This document shows positions 1 to 8,795 of a stretch of DNA of 64,000 nt, piece after piece. The position numbers and the translations under genes are program-made. The first letter of the stretch is position 1. Each line of letters opens with the position of its first letter. This DNA is from Thermoplasmatota archaeon. Lineage in GTDB: Archaea; Thermoplasmatota; E2; JACPAO01; JAHFTW01. A model generated the notes under the pieces. It was given only the letters and a program-made list of their open reading frames with translations. It did not search any database and was not told the DNA's origin. The stretch is taken from the NCBI GenBank assembly GCA_041601615.1, contig JBFIHX010000009.1:1-64000 (forward strand). Direction: 5' to 3'.

Positions 1-209
1 AGGGAATCCTTGGTGGACTGCTTGCAGTCCGCTATGGTGGCCATCAGAGCACCTCCGTGCTCTGAGGGCGCCCGAGCGAAGCGAGGGAATCCTTGGTGGA
101 CTGCTTGCAGTCCGCTATGGTGGCCATCAGAGCACCTCCGTGCTCTGAGGGCGCCCGAGCGAAGCGAGGGAATCCTTGGTGGACTGCTTGCAGTCCGCTA
201 TGGTGGCCA
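1..209. repeat. 83-bp tandem palindromic (REP/BIME-like) repeat, 2.5 copies visible, may continue past window start
   Basis: Identical units start at 1, 84 and 167. Each full unit has hairpins GGACTGC-TT-GCAGTCC and TCAGAGCAC-CTCC-GTGCTCTGA plus a CGAGCGAAGCGA motif. Lies directly downstream of the RPA stop. Confidence 0.9.
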
Positions 210-211
210 AA

Positions 212-1534
212 TTAGGCACCCCCTAGGCGTTCGAGGAGCTCTTTTGCTTCAGTCTCCAGCTCTCCCTCGAATGGGACGATGGTTTTGGCGATGAGCATGG
301 CGCCGAAGTCGTCCACCAGGACGTTTCCTCGAATCTTGTAGACGCGCCCGGGTAGCTTGGCGCGCAATTCGTCTTGGATGACGCCATCGTGGTGTGCGGC
401 TTGGGCCTGATCTTGGCATTGCTCCAGGGTCTTGCCCAGTAGTTGCTCCGTGAGCATTCGGTTGGCGATGATGTTCAGCGCGGCTGTGCCGTCGTCAAGA
501 ACGCCTTTGATGCGAAGGTCCGCGATCGCTCCCTCGGGCACGCTGCCGGTTGCGACGCGGTTGGTGGTGGGATCGCGGTAGACGAGTCCGCTGCCGTCAC
601 GGACCTCAAGAAGGGTCGCGACGATGCAAACATCGTTGGAGGGGCTCTCGGTGAGCAGGTGGATGGGCACCGGGGGCGTATCGGCCAGGGTGTCGGCGTC
701 GGGCAGCTCCACGGTTGCCGTGGTGACCGTGGCGTCTTGGTCGAAGTTGAGTTGGGCTTGGCCTCGGTAGGTGCGAATGTAGCCGCCCTGGATGGTGACG
801 ATGCTGTCTGCTTCCAGTTTTAGGTCGGCCCAGGCGGTGAATTCGATTTTGCCGGACTCGTCGGCAAGGGTGCCGCCGTAGATCGTCTTGGGTGCGCCTT
901 GGACCGTGATCTCGCGGGGGGCAAGATCGAGAATTCGGCCCGTGACGCGGATGCCGCGAAGTCCAGGGGTAAGTTCGCTGACGGTGACATCGCGGAATTC
1001 CGTCGTGGTTTTGGGGAGGCTATCGGCGTCCTTCTTTTCGACCTGGGTTCGGTCTCCAAGGTTGATTTGGACCTCGTTGTTGTACTCCTTCGTGTAGGCG
1101 CCGGTGACTTGGATCACGTCTCCCTTGTCGATGCCCTCCAGAGGGCGCCAGGCGGTGTAGGGTCGGGTGGCGGTGTCGTCTCCGAGGAGGCCCCAGACTA
1201 TTTCCTTCGCTTCTCCGCGTGCGGTGATGGTCTTTTTGTTGTAGCTGACCACGCGGACGAGGAGGTTCACGAAGGGCGTGTTGGCGGGGGCGTCTGCGAG
1301 CTTGGTGTTGGGGCTGTCCGCGTCGCCTGGGGGGGCTTGATTCGGGGCGCCGGCTCCTGTGACGCCGTGGCTTCGCAGGATGGTTTTTGCGGCCTGATCG
1401 GGCGGGACGCCGTAGTCAAGGTATTTCTGGAATTCGTCTTGGAGATCGGCCTCGTCCAGCCCGGTGCCGATTTTGTCTTGGAGCGCCTGTTTGATCTGCT
1501 CGAAATGGGGCGCTGCGTCTGTGTGCAGTTGCAT
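212..1534 (-). CDS. rpa: Replication protein A / archaeal single-stranded DNA-binding protein (multiple OB folds)
   Basis: Repeated OB-fold signatures (GLLGDDTA..YTAW, GTLADESGKIEFTAW, DLRIKGVLDDGT) and euryarchaeal-type N-terminus (YGVPPDQAAKTILR). Confidence 0.85.
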   Translation of the reverse strand: MQLHTDAAPHFEQIKQALQDKIGTGLDEADLQDEFQKYLDYGVPPDQAAKTILRSHGVTGAGAPNQAPPGDADSPNTKLADAPANTPFVNLLVRVVSYNKKTITARGEAKEIVWGLLGDDTATRPYTAWRPLEGIDKGDVIQVTGAYTKEYNNEVQINLGDRTQVEKKDADSLPKTTTEFRDVTVSELTPGLRGIRVTGRILDLAPREITVQGAPKTIYGGTLADESGKIEFTAWADLKLEADSIVTIQGGYIRTYRGQAQLNFDQDATVTTATVELPDADTLADTPPVPIHLLTESPSNDVCIVATLLEVRDGSGLVYRDPTTNRVATGSVPEGAIADLRIKGVLDDGTAALNIIANRMLTEQLLGKTLEQCQDQAQAAHHDGVIQDELRAKLPGRVYKIRGNVLVDDFGAMLIAKTIVPFEGELETEAKELLERLGGA

Positions 1535-1733
1535 GGTCTCACTGTGGCACGCGGGCCACGATGTGGTCTAAGTGGGGGTTGCATAAGAGACCCATCGTGG
1601 ATGTACTTGGCCCGTGCCGCACAGGCCAATAGGTGTTCAGTACGGTTCTTGGTATCAGCCAACACGTTCAAGGGTCCGTGCGGCTCGCAAGCGCCGGGAG
1701 CGGTGGCTGCTGTTCCTGCATCCGCATCCTCAT

Positions 1734-1808
1734 GGACGTGTCTCCTAGCCCGGATATGGTCCCGGCCTCCTAAGCCGGTATTCGGGGGTTCGAATCCCCT
1801 CGCGTCCG
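1734..1808 (+). tRNA. tRNA-Arg (anticodon CCT), no encoded CCA, atypical D-stem
   Basis: Acceptor GGACGTG/CGCGTCC; anticodon arm CCGGC-CTCCTAA-GCCGG; T-arm GGGGG-TTCGAAT-CCCCT. Confidence 0.85.
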
Positions 1809-2037
1809 CTTCCATTGCTGTAGTGCTGCGCCGCAAGTTCGTCTTGGCGCATCGGCCTCGGGGCTGCACCCAGGGTTGGTTTGGGCGGCGGGCCGGCACT
1901 ACGGGGTTTTCCAGGGATTGCTGAACGACTCCACTTGGGGCGGGGCGGCGCCTGGATGGGCTCCAAGACCGTTCGGAAGGCCCAAGGCCAGCAGGCTGCT
2001 GGTCGGCCTGTTGTTGCGGACCCTGCCAAGAAAATGG

Positions 2038-3789
2038 ATGGCCCTTTTCGCATTCGCGTTGCTTGTGCGAGGCGCATTGTGGTTTGCTACGGGAACGCGA
2101 TATGGCGGCGATTCGCAAGGCTATCTTTCCGCCTGCGACAATCTCCTGGGCGGATCTTCCTGGATGCTGCGAGACCTTGTGGGTTGGGAGTACCTGGGTT
2201 TCCTCGTGCCGTTTTGCGCAAGCACCCTCGGCGGGGCGGTGCCAGAATTGTGGATCGTTGTGCAATTGCTGGTGTCTTCCGCCGTTCCGGTGTTGCTGGT
2301 GGCGATTGCAGGCTCCCTTGGGAACCGGGGCGCCGGCTGGCTTGCGGGCATCGCCTACGCGGTGCTTCCGGAGGCGTTCCAATGGGATCTCTATCTTCTT
2401 TCGGATGCCTGGTTTACGTTCCTGTTGACCCTCTCTTTTTGGTTGCTGGTGCGCACGAAGGCGACCCCACGGTGGGCGGCGCCGCTGACGCTTCTGGTGC
2501 TTGCCGTGAGCCGGCCGTTTGGGGTGCCGATTGTCGCTGCAATGTTGCTGCTGCACGGTGCCACAGGGCGTTTGCCTCGCATCGGGTTGGGTCGACGGGG
2601 CGCTTGGGTAGCGGTCGTGGTTTTGCCCGTGCTGCAGCAGTTGTTGTCGTGGCGCAGTGGCTGGTCGGAGTCCCTGTTTCCGGCGCTGTGGCAGGAGGGC
2701 ATCGTGGTCCATGATGATGCCACGTTGCTCCTGGCGTCCGATGCGCAGGCGGCTTCGGCGCTCGATTTCCTCTTAGCAGATCCTCTTCATTTTGGCCTGT
2801 TGGCCTGCACCAAAGCGGCCGTGCTGTTTTTACCGGTGTGGCCAAGGTTTTCGCTGGTGCACAATGCGGTTGGGCTCGTGACGCTGGGTCCGATTCTGGT
2901 TTTTGGACTCTGGGGCCTGTGGCGCTCGTGCCGGGCCAGAAGCACTGCGGGATTGCTCGCTGCGACCATCCTTGCGGCGACCACGTTCATTGTGGCCCTC
3001 ACGTTCATCGACTACGACTGGCGCTATCGTCTCCCGTTGCTGCCGCTTCTGACGTTGTTTGCGGCCATGACCTTGTACCCGAGTGCGAACCAAGCGTGGC
3101 CATGGCGCGGAGGCTGGGCCTTCCGTCCCTTGCGCCGTATCGGCACCTCGGATGAGCACCTGGAGGCGCTGCAACAAGTGGCTGAATCGACGCCCTGGAA
3201 CGAACTGGAAGAGACGGCGGTTCCAAGCTATGTCCACGCCAACCCTTGGGTGCGTTGGTTGTTTGGTCGTCGCGTGGAAGTGGTCGCCCAGATGCTAGGC
3301 ACCGACTCTATGCGCGTGCTGGATGTGGGCTGCGGCGGGGGATTGTTGCTGGCTGCGGCGCACCGGGCGGGCCACGAGGCCACAGGAATCGACCTCGACA
3401 CGCGCCCGGCGCTTGCATGTCCAATCGCGGAGTCGATTCAGGTGCTTGAGGCGGACGCGACGCAGCTTGCATTTGCGGCCGACCGATTCGATTGGGTCGT
3501 GGCAATGGATGTGCTCGAACACATGCCCGACCCGGCGCCGTTTTTTGCCGAAGCAAGGCGCGTAATGGCTCCAGGCGGTCGCCTCATTGTCAGTGGTCCT
3601 TCGGAGAGCTACCTGTATCGACTTGCGCGGCGCGTGGCGGGCTACGATGGGCATTACCACGAGCGCAACATTCAGGACTTGCTCGATGCGTTTGCCGCCG
3701 ACGGTTGGACCGTGGAGCGCCTTCGCCGATTGCCGCCTGTGCTCGGACTCTTTACCATCGCAGTCCTTTGCCCCCCGGAGGCATCATGA
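2038..3789 (+). CDS. Polytopic GT-C/PMT-like membrane protein fused to a class I SAM-dependent methyltransferase (start uncertain)
   Basis: Many TM helices with GGDSQGY, LLSD and WRYRLP motifs, then VLDVGCGGG, DVLEH and PGGRL methyltransferase motifs in the same frame. Confidence 0.7.
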   Translation: MALFAFALLVRGALWFATGTRYGGDSQGYLSACDNLLGGSSWMLRDLVGWEYLGFLVPFCASTLGGAVPELWIVVQLLVSSAVPVLLVAIAGSLGNRGAGWLAGIAYAVLPEAFQWDLYLLSDAWFTFLLTLSFWLLVRTKATPRWAAPLTLLVLAVSRPFGVPIVAAMLLLHGATGRLPRIGLGRRGAWVAVVVLPVLQQLLSWRSGWSESLFPALWQEGIVVHDDATLLLASDAQAASALDFLLADPLHFGLLACTKAAVLFLPVWPRFSLVHNAVGLVTLGPILVFGLWGLWRSCRARSTAGLLAATILAATTFIVALTFIDYDWRYRLPLLPLLTLFAAMTLYPSANQAWPWRGGWAFRPLRRIGTSDEHLEALQQVAESTPWNELEETAVPSYVHANPWVRWLFGRRVEVVAQMLGTDSMRVLDVGCGGGLLLAAAHRAGHEATGIDLDTRPALACPIAESIQVLEADATQLAFAADRFDWVVAMDVLEHMPDPAPFFAEARRVMAPGGRLIVSGPSESYLYRLARRVAGYDGHYHERNIQDLLDAFAADGWTVERLRRLPPVLGLFTIAVLCPPEAS

Positions 3790-4679
3790 TTGACGTGTGC
3801 GTGCTGGTACCCGCCTTCAACGAAGAGGCGACCATTGGCTCCGTGGTGCACTTGGCGCGCCGGGAGGCCGACCGCGTCATTGTCATCGACGACGGAAGCA
3901 GCGACCGCACGTCTCAAGTGGCCAAGGACGCGGGCGCTGAAGTGCTGCGCATGGACGAGAACGGCGGCAAGGGCCGTGCGCTTCAGGCGGGGTTCCAAGC
4001 AGCCATCCCGAGCGCCCGCGTGGTCGTTACGCTTGACGGCGATGGCCAGCATGACCCGGCCCAGGTTCGTGCACTTGCGGCGCCGATCTTGGCCGGCGAC
4101 GCGGACATGGTGGTCGGTTCCCGGTTCGTGGACGGCGCCTCCAGTGGTGCCGGTCGTCTGCGTCGCGGCGCCCAGCGAGCACTCTCTTCGGCGTCTTCTT
4201 CGGCGGGCCGCGTGCGCACCACAGATTCGGAATCGGGGTACCGTGCCTTCGATGCCCATTTGCTCGGTCGCATGGAGCTTCGAGAGGCCGGTTTTGGCAT
4301 CGAATGGGCGATGTTGCAGGAAGCCGGGCGGCTTGAAGCACGCATCCAGGAAGTACCGATTCACGTCAGTTATGCCGTGCGCCGCAGCCACAACCCGATT
4401 GTGCACTTGTGGTCGCTTGTGACGGCCATTCTGCGGTTTGTGCAGCGCGAGCGGCCGTTGATGTTTCTGGGCTTGCCGGGTGCCATCTCGCTGCTGCTCG
4501 GCGTGTTTCTTGGCTACCAAACGGCGGCAAACTACTACGGCGGCACGGGCGAATTCTGGCCCGGCAAGGCGATGTTGTCGCTGCTGGGCACACTGCTCGG
4601 AACCATCCTATTGGTTGCTGGCTTGGTCCTCGACGCCGTGGCCCGATTGCTGCGCCAGTCCCATCCGGTGCCCAAGTAG
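3786..4679 (+). CDS. Glycosyltransferase family 2 (dolichol-phosphate-sugar synthase-like)
   Basis: PAFNEE, IDDGSSD, GKG, DGDGQH and DSESGYR motifs, two C-terminal TM helices, ATGA overlap with the upstream gene. Confidence 0.9.
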   Translation: MIDVCVLVPAFNEEATIGSVVHLARREADRVIVIDDGSSDRTSQVAKDAGAEVLRMDENGGKGRALQAGFQAAIPSARVVVTLDGDGQHDPAQVRALAAPILAGDADMVVGSRFVDGASSGAGRLRRGAQRALSSASSSAGRVRTTDSESGYRAFDAHLLGRMELREAGFGIEWAMLQEAGRLEARIQEVPIHVSYAVRRSHNPIVHLWSLVTAILRFVQRERPLMFLGLPGAISLLLGVFLGYQTAANYYGGTGEFWPGKAMLSLLGTLLGTILLVAGLVLDAVARLLRQSHPVPK

Positions 4680-5639
4680 ACGCAGGAAGGCGGCGACTCC
4701 GCCGACCACAAGGTCGTAGGAAAGTACGGAAGCGCGCCAAACGAGGTACGCGCCGCCCACTTCGGCGCCAAGCGCGGGAGCCACCAGGGCCGCGTAGGCA
4801 TCCACGGTGCCGGCGCCCGAGGGAAGCAAAGGCAAGGATTGCACCAAGGTCACACCCAATACGAGAATGGCACCGTCCAAGGGTGTGAGGGGAAGCGACA
4901 AGACCCAAGCAGCTGCAAGGAAGCCGGAAATTTCCAGTCCCCAGACGAGAACCGTCAGCAGCGTCGCTGTCAAACGTACACGCTGCGGGAGTTCTGCCAA
5001 TCCCCGCAGGCCTTCGCGAAGCGTTGACATGAAGCCAAGAATCCGGCCACTTCCGCTGCGGCCCGGTTCGCGCTTTCGTTCCCTCCAGGCCAATGCGGCC
5101 AGCGCGCCAGCTAGGACCAAGAGCACAAGAATCGCAGCAACCAATGCACCGATTGCTTGCTCGGACCCTGCGACACCCACCAGGGCCACGACCACGAGTG
5201 CACCAGCCACCGCCAGCACCACAATGTCAAACAAACGCTCGGCCAACAGCAGACTTACAAGCCCGGGCCACGGCAGCCAACGTCGAAGATCAAGCGCCTT
5301 GAGCGCTTCGCCACCCACTCGAGCAGGCGTCGTGGCGGCACCAAACACACCCACCGTCACCACAGCCCAACCACGAGACCAGGAAAGGACGCCACCCGAG
5401 AGCAGGGACATGCGGAAGCCGTTGGTGGCGTGCGCAGCCACATGCAACAAAAGAGCGACCGCCGCGGCAAGCGCCACCGCCAAGGACCAAGAAACGGAGC
5501 CAAGCCGGTCGGCGCGGACGAACCACCACAACGCCGCTGCACTCCCGATGGCGGCTCCGAATGCCCCCAGGAGCCATAGCCCCGGACGAAGCGCCTTGAC
5601 ACAATCCGTCCCGCCGGTTGCAGCGGGCACGGTTTGCAC
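4608..5639 (-). CDS. Lysylphosphatidylglycerol synthase TM-domain / putative flippase (UPF0104-like)
   Basis: TPARVGGE, ERLFD, PSGAGTVD and WR motifs in a polytopic membrane protein. Confidence 0.8.
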   Translation of the reverse strand: MQTVPAATGGTDCVKALRPGLWLLGAFGAAIGSAAALWWFVRADRLGSVSWSLAVALAAAVALLLHVAAHATNGFRMSLLSGGVLSWSRGWAVVTVGVFGAATTPARVGGEALKALDLRRWLPWPGLVSLLLAERLFDIVVLAVAGALVVVALVGVAGSEQAIGALVAAILVLLVLAGALAALAWRERKREPGRSGSGRILGFMSTLREGLRGLAELPQRVRLTATLLTVLVWGLEISGFLAAAWVLSLPLTPLDGAILVLGVTLVQSLPLLPSGAGTVDAYAALVAPALGAEVGGAYLVWRASVLSYDLVVGGVAAFLRLLGHRMGLAQQSGHGVEDQASNQ

Positions 5640-7829
5640 CTACACGCCGAATTTGCCAGCGAGCCGGGAGCCCTCGGGCCAGCCAGCGCTCGTGGCTTCG
5701 TCCTCGATGCCAGGCCGGATGGCTCCGGTGGGACAGGCATCAAAGCAGGCGCCGTCGGCGATGCAGAGGTCGCGGTCGACGCGAGCGGTATCGGTGACAA
5801 TGGCTGCGGCGGTCGGGCAGGCGGCTTCACAGCCGTTGCAGACGATGCAGTCGGCAGCCAAAACCCAGGCCTTGGTGGGCTCGGGCGTCGCTGCGGCTTG
5901 CTTCTTGATTGCTTCCACGTCGAGCCCGGGCTTGCCGGCTCCGGCGCCCTCCGCGGCGCCTCCAGCTGCGGGCGTCTCTTCGACGACGACTTCGACGGCC
6001 TTGACTTCCAGTTCTACGCCTTCGGCTTGCACGGCGCGGCGGAAGCCATCGAACACTTGGAGAATCTCCGGGTACTCGGGGGCCACGAGTTTGCCCTCGG
6101 CTTCCTCAGGATCCGCCACATCGAGTGCGGCTTTGAGGTCCCAGGGGTCGGTGATTTTGCCGGTGACGAACGCCTTGGCAAGAACGAGTTTGCCGCGGGG
6201 CGTCTGGGTCATGGGCAGGTCGCCGGGATTGGGAATCGCTTGTAGGCTGGGAAGGTCGGCGCCCCAGATGAGGTCGCTGTGGATGGCCATGTCGCTACCA
6301 CGGGCCATGTCGCCGGCCATGTCGGCCGCTAGGACACCGAGCGTCTTGTTGCGGCGGTGGCGAACTCCGGCTCCAAAGTAGCGCAGCATCGGTCCGCCGG
6401 CCCAGAGTTGGAAGCCGAGGCTTGGCGCCGGGGCGGGGGCCTGGATGGCGGCCTTGTACACGAATTCAGGAATGGGTGCTGCGAGCGGGAACACCATGCC
6501 GGGATTGAACAAGTTGCGCGCGTCGCCTTGGGACTTGAAGGTCTTGAGGCGCTTGTAGCGGCTGGCGCCGAACACGTTCTTTGCTTGGAATTGAAGCCAA
6601 ACACCGCAGTGGTAGGCGCGGCCACCCATCTTGTTGGCCAAGTGCAGGAACCATTCACTGGTGCCCCATCCGGCTGGGTAGTTGGGTCGGCGCTCGTCGT
6701 CGAGCGTGTAGAGGAAGAAGTAGACTCGGCCGTCGTCGGTGACGTGACCCTCAGCGGCGATTTCCTTGACTTCGGTCTTTTGGCGCACGCGGCGCAGGTA
6801 CTCGGCGAGGCGAGCCACCGGGACGAACACTTCGCCGGCGACCAGGCTGGGTCCGAGGCGCTTGGCCTTGATGGGGAAGAATCGGTCGTCCCACTCGGCG
6901 CTTGCGACCTTTTCGTCGAGCATCTCGGCGGCGTGGCGCTCGACCATGCGACCGAACGCTTCGGCGTGCTTGTTCCACTCGCCTTCTGCAAAGCAAAACA
7001 CGACGCCGAATTTGCCTGCGAAGGGATTCTTTCGCACTTTGGTGGCTTCTGCGCGCAGAGCGTAGAAGTCGGCGTTGCGGAACGTGACGTGCTTGACGGG
7101 GAACCGGGAGGTTGCTTCCTCAATGAGGGCTTGAACGTCGCGGGCGCGGCGTGCGGCGACCACCACGGGTTTGTCCGGGGTCGCTTCGAGCACGCGCAGA
7201 GTGATGCGGGTGATGACGCCCGTGCTGCCACCGAGACCGATGAAGTACTCCATTTCCTCTTGGTCGCGGGCAAAGAACGTCTTGCCGTCGGTGCCAATGC
7301 CTTCGAGGCCTACGACCCACTTGCCAATGTTGCCGGCGCGGGTGGCGTGGATGCCGTGGCCGTCCATGGCGACAAAGCCACCGATGGTCGCAGCGGGGGC
7401 AGACGTTGGATAGCAGGGCAGTTCGAGGCCGACTTCCAAGAGCTTGTCTTGCAGGTCCTTGATGACGACGCCCGCGTCCACGGTCACGGTCATTTTGGCT
7501 TCGTCAATGGCGATGTGCTTGCGCATGCCCGTCAAGTCCAGTACGACTCCGGCACGCTTGGGGACGGAGCCACCAAGCGCGTTCGTGGCGGCAGCACGGG
7601 GCGTGATGGGGATGCGGCGCTTCTTGCAAAACTGCACCACCGTGAGCACATCCTCGGCCGTTTGGCAGCGCGCAACGGCGTCCGCCTTGCGGTTGACGAG
7701 CATGTCCACGATCCCGGGCGGGCTGCCCACGTCCGTGGAGTACACGATGAGGTCTGCCTCGGAAGTGAGGACGTTCTCTCGGCCCAGTCGGGCAACGAGC
7801 TGATCCAAGTCGCGTCGGTCAAGCGCCAT
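5640..7829 (-). CDS. FAD-linked oxidase (GlcD/D-lactate dehydrogenase-like) with C-terminal 2x[4Fe-4S] ferredoxin
   Basis: PCMH-type FAD motifs (TIGGFVA, GSTGVIT, LFNPG), then CIVCNGCEAACP and CIADGACFDACP. Confidence 0.85.
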   Translation of the reverse strand: MALDRRDLDQLVARLGRENVLTSEADLIVYSTDVGSPPGIVDMLVNRKADAVARCQTAEDVLTVVQFCKKRRIPITPRAAATNALGGSVPKRAGVVLDLTGMRKHIAIDEAKMTVTVDAGVVIKDLQDKLLEVGLELPCYPTSAPAATIGGFVAMDGHGIHATRAGNIGKWVVGLEGIGTDGKTFFARDQEEMEYFIGLGGSTGVITRITLRVLEATPDKPVVVAARRARDVQALIEEATSRFPVKHVTFRNADFYALRAEATKVRKNPFAGKFGVVFCFAEGEWNKHAEAFGRMVERHAAEMLDEKVASAEWDDRFFPIKAKRLGPSLVAGEVFVPVARLAEYLRRVRQKTEVKEIAAEGHVTDDGRVYFFLYTLDDERRPNYPAGWGTSEWFLHLANKMGGRAYHCGVWLQFQAKNVFGASRYKRLKTFKSQGDARNLFNPGMVFPLAAPIPEFVYKAAIQAPAPAPSLGFQLWAGGPMLRYFGAGVRHRRNKTLGVLAADMAGDMARGSDMAIHSDLIWGADLPSLQAIPNPGDLPMTQTPRGKLVLAKAFVTGKITDPWDLKAALDVADPEEAEGKLVAPEYPEILQVFDGFRRAVQAEGVELEVKAVEVVVEETPAAGGAAEGAGAGKPGLDVEAIKKQAAATPEPTKAWVLAADCIVCNGCEAACPTAAAIVTDTARVDRDLCIADGACFDACPTGAIRPGIEDEATSAGWPEGSRLAGKFGV

Positions 7830-7909
7830 GGCTACGGGCCGGCCGAGGAGAGTCCCCTTCATAGGGATGGTGGCACAGGCGCGGACCCCAAGGCGACGAA
7901 TCGGCCGCG

Positions 7910-8695
7910 TCAGAGGTATGGTTCTGCGTTCTCCAATGGGTCCGGAATGCCGTAATGGACCCACAAAAACGACTCCATGCGGAAGTCTACGTGGGGCAAC
8001 AAGTTGTCGTTGCTGAACGTAAAGTGGTACAGGAGATTGCCCGCGTCTTCGGGGATGTCTTCCCCTTCGATGATGCCGCCCAAGTGCCGCATCGCCTGGC
8101 CGTCGATTTGCTCAATGATGGCGTCCTCCGCGCCCAGCGGACCCAGCAAAAGTTTGCCATCCGGCGTGCGCACTTCCATCGTCATGTGCGTGTCGAAGGT
8201 GCTGTCCACGGGCCACACCGCAGCCGCGACCACCATGTCCGGGCGGCGCTCTCGCAGACCTGCCCGCCAGTCGCAATTTTGGCAATCGGCGCCGGGTTCC
8301 CCGAGGGTGTCGGTTCCGGTCCAGCTCAGCTCGGCCACATAATTGCGGTCGGGCCGAGGCGCAATGACTTGCAAAATCACCCGCGTCGTCTGATCACCCT
8401 CCACGAAGACCAATTCGCGGTCACTTCCAATGCCCGCAAGCACCACTTCCACCGTGTAGAACCCGGGGTCAACGTGTACGAAACTGAACCCGCCAAGCTC
8501 CGTGGTTCGGGTCGTCACATCCAGTTCCACGAGGCGGACTGTGACGTTGCCGTAGGGAAACAGGACATGGTCCAAGACCGCGCCGTCGATGCGGCCAACC
8601 GGGCCGTGGGCGAGGTGCAGCGGGTCGCTGCTGCTGGTACAACCTGCCAGTCCCGTGGCTAGAAGCAGCAGCACGACCCACGCAGACCTCATCAC
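7910..8695 (-). CDS. Lipoprotein with carboxypeptidase-regulatory-like domain
   Basis: Signal peptide with LAGC lipobox; G.F.F..V.PG.YTV pattern. Confidence 0.7.
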   Translation of the reverse strand: MMRSAWVVLLLLATGLAGCTSSSDPLHLAHGPVGRIDGAVLDHVLFPYGNVTVRLVELDVTTRTTELGGFSFVHVDPGFYTVEVVLAGIGSDRELVFVEGDQTTRVILQVIAPRPDRNYVAELSWTGTDTLGEPGADCQNCDWRAGLRERRPDMVVAAAVWPVDSTFDTHMTMEVRTPDGKLLLGPLGAEDAIIEQIDGQAMRHLGGIIEGEDIPEDAGNLLYHFTFSNDNLLPHVDFRMESFLWVHYGIPDPLENAEPYL

Positions 8696-8795
8696 GTGTT
8701 CACGGACGCCGAGGCTATTTCACGTTTCCCTGCATGTTCTGGAACTGTGGCAGCCACTGGCAAAACCACCCCATTGTGGTCAACGTGCCGTGTGT

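Noticed and set aside
1-209. CRISPR array
   Set aside because: The units are fully identical with no unique spacers, and no cas genes are in the window.
1790-1808. tRNA 3' end used as an integration site
   Set aside because: No duplicate of the tRNA 3' end and no integrase were seen in the window.
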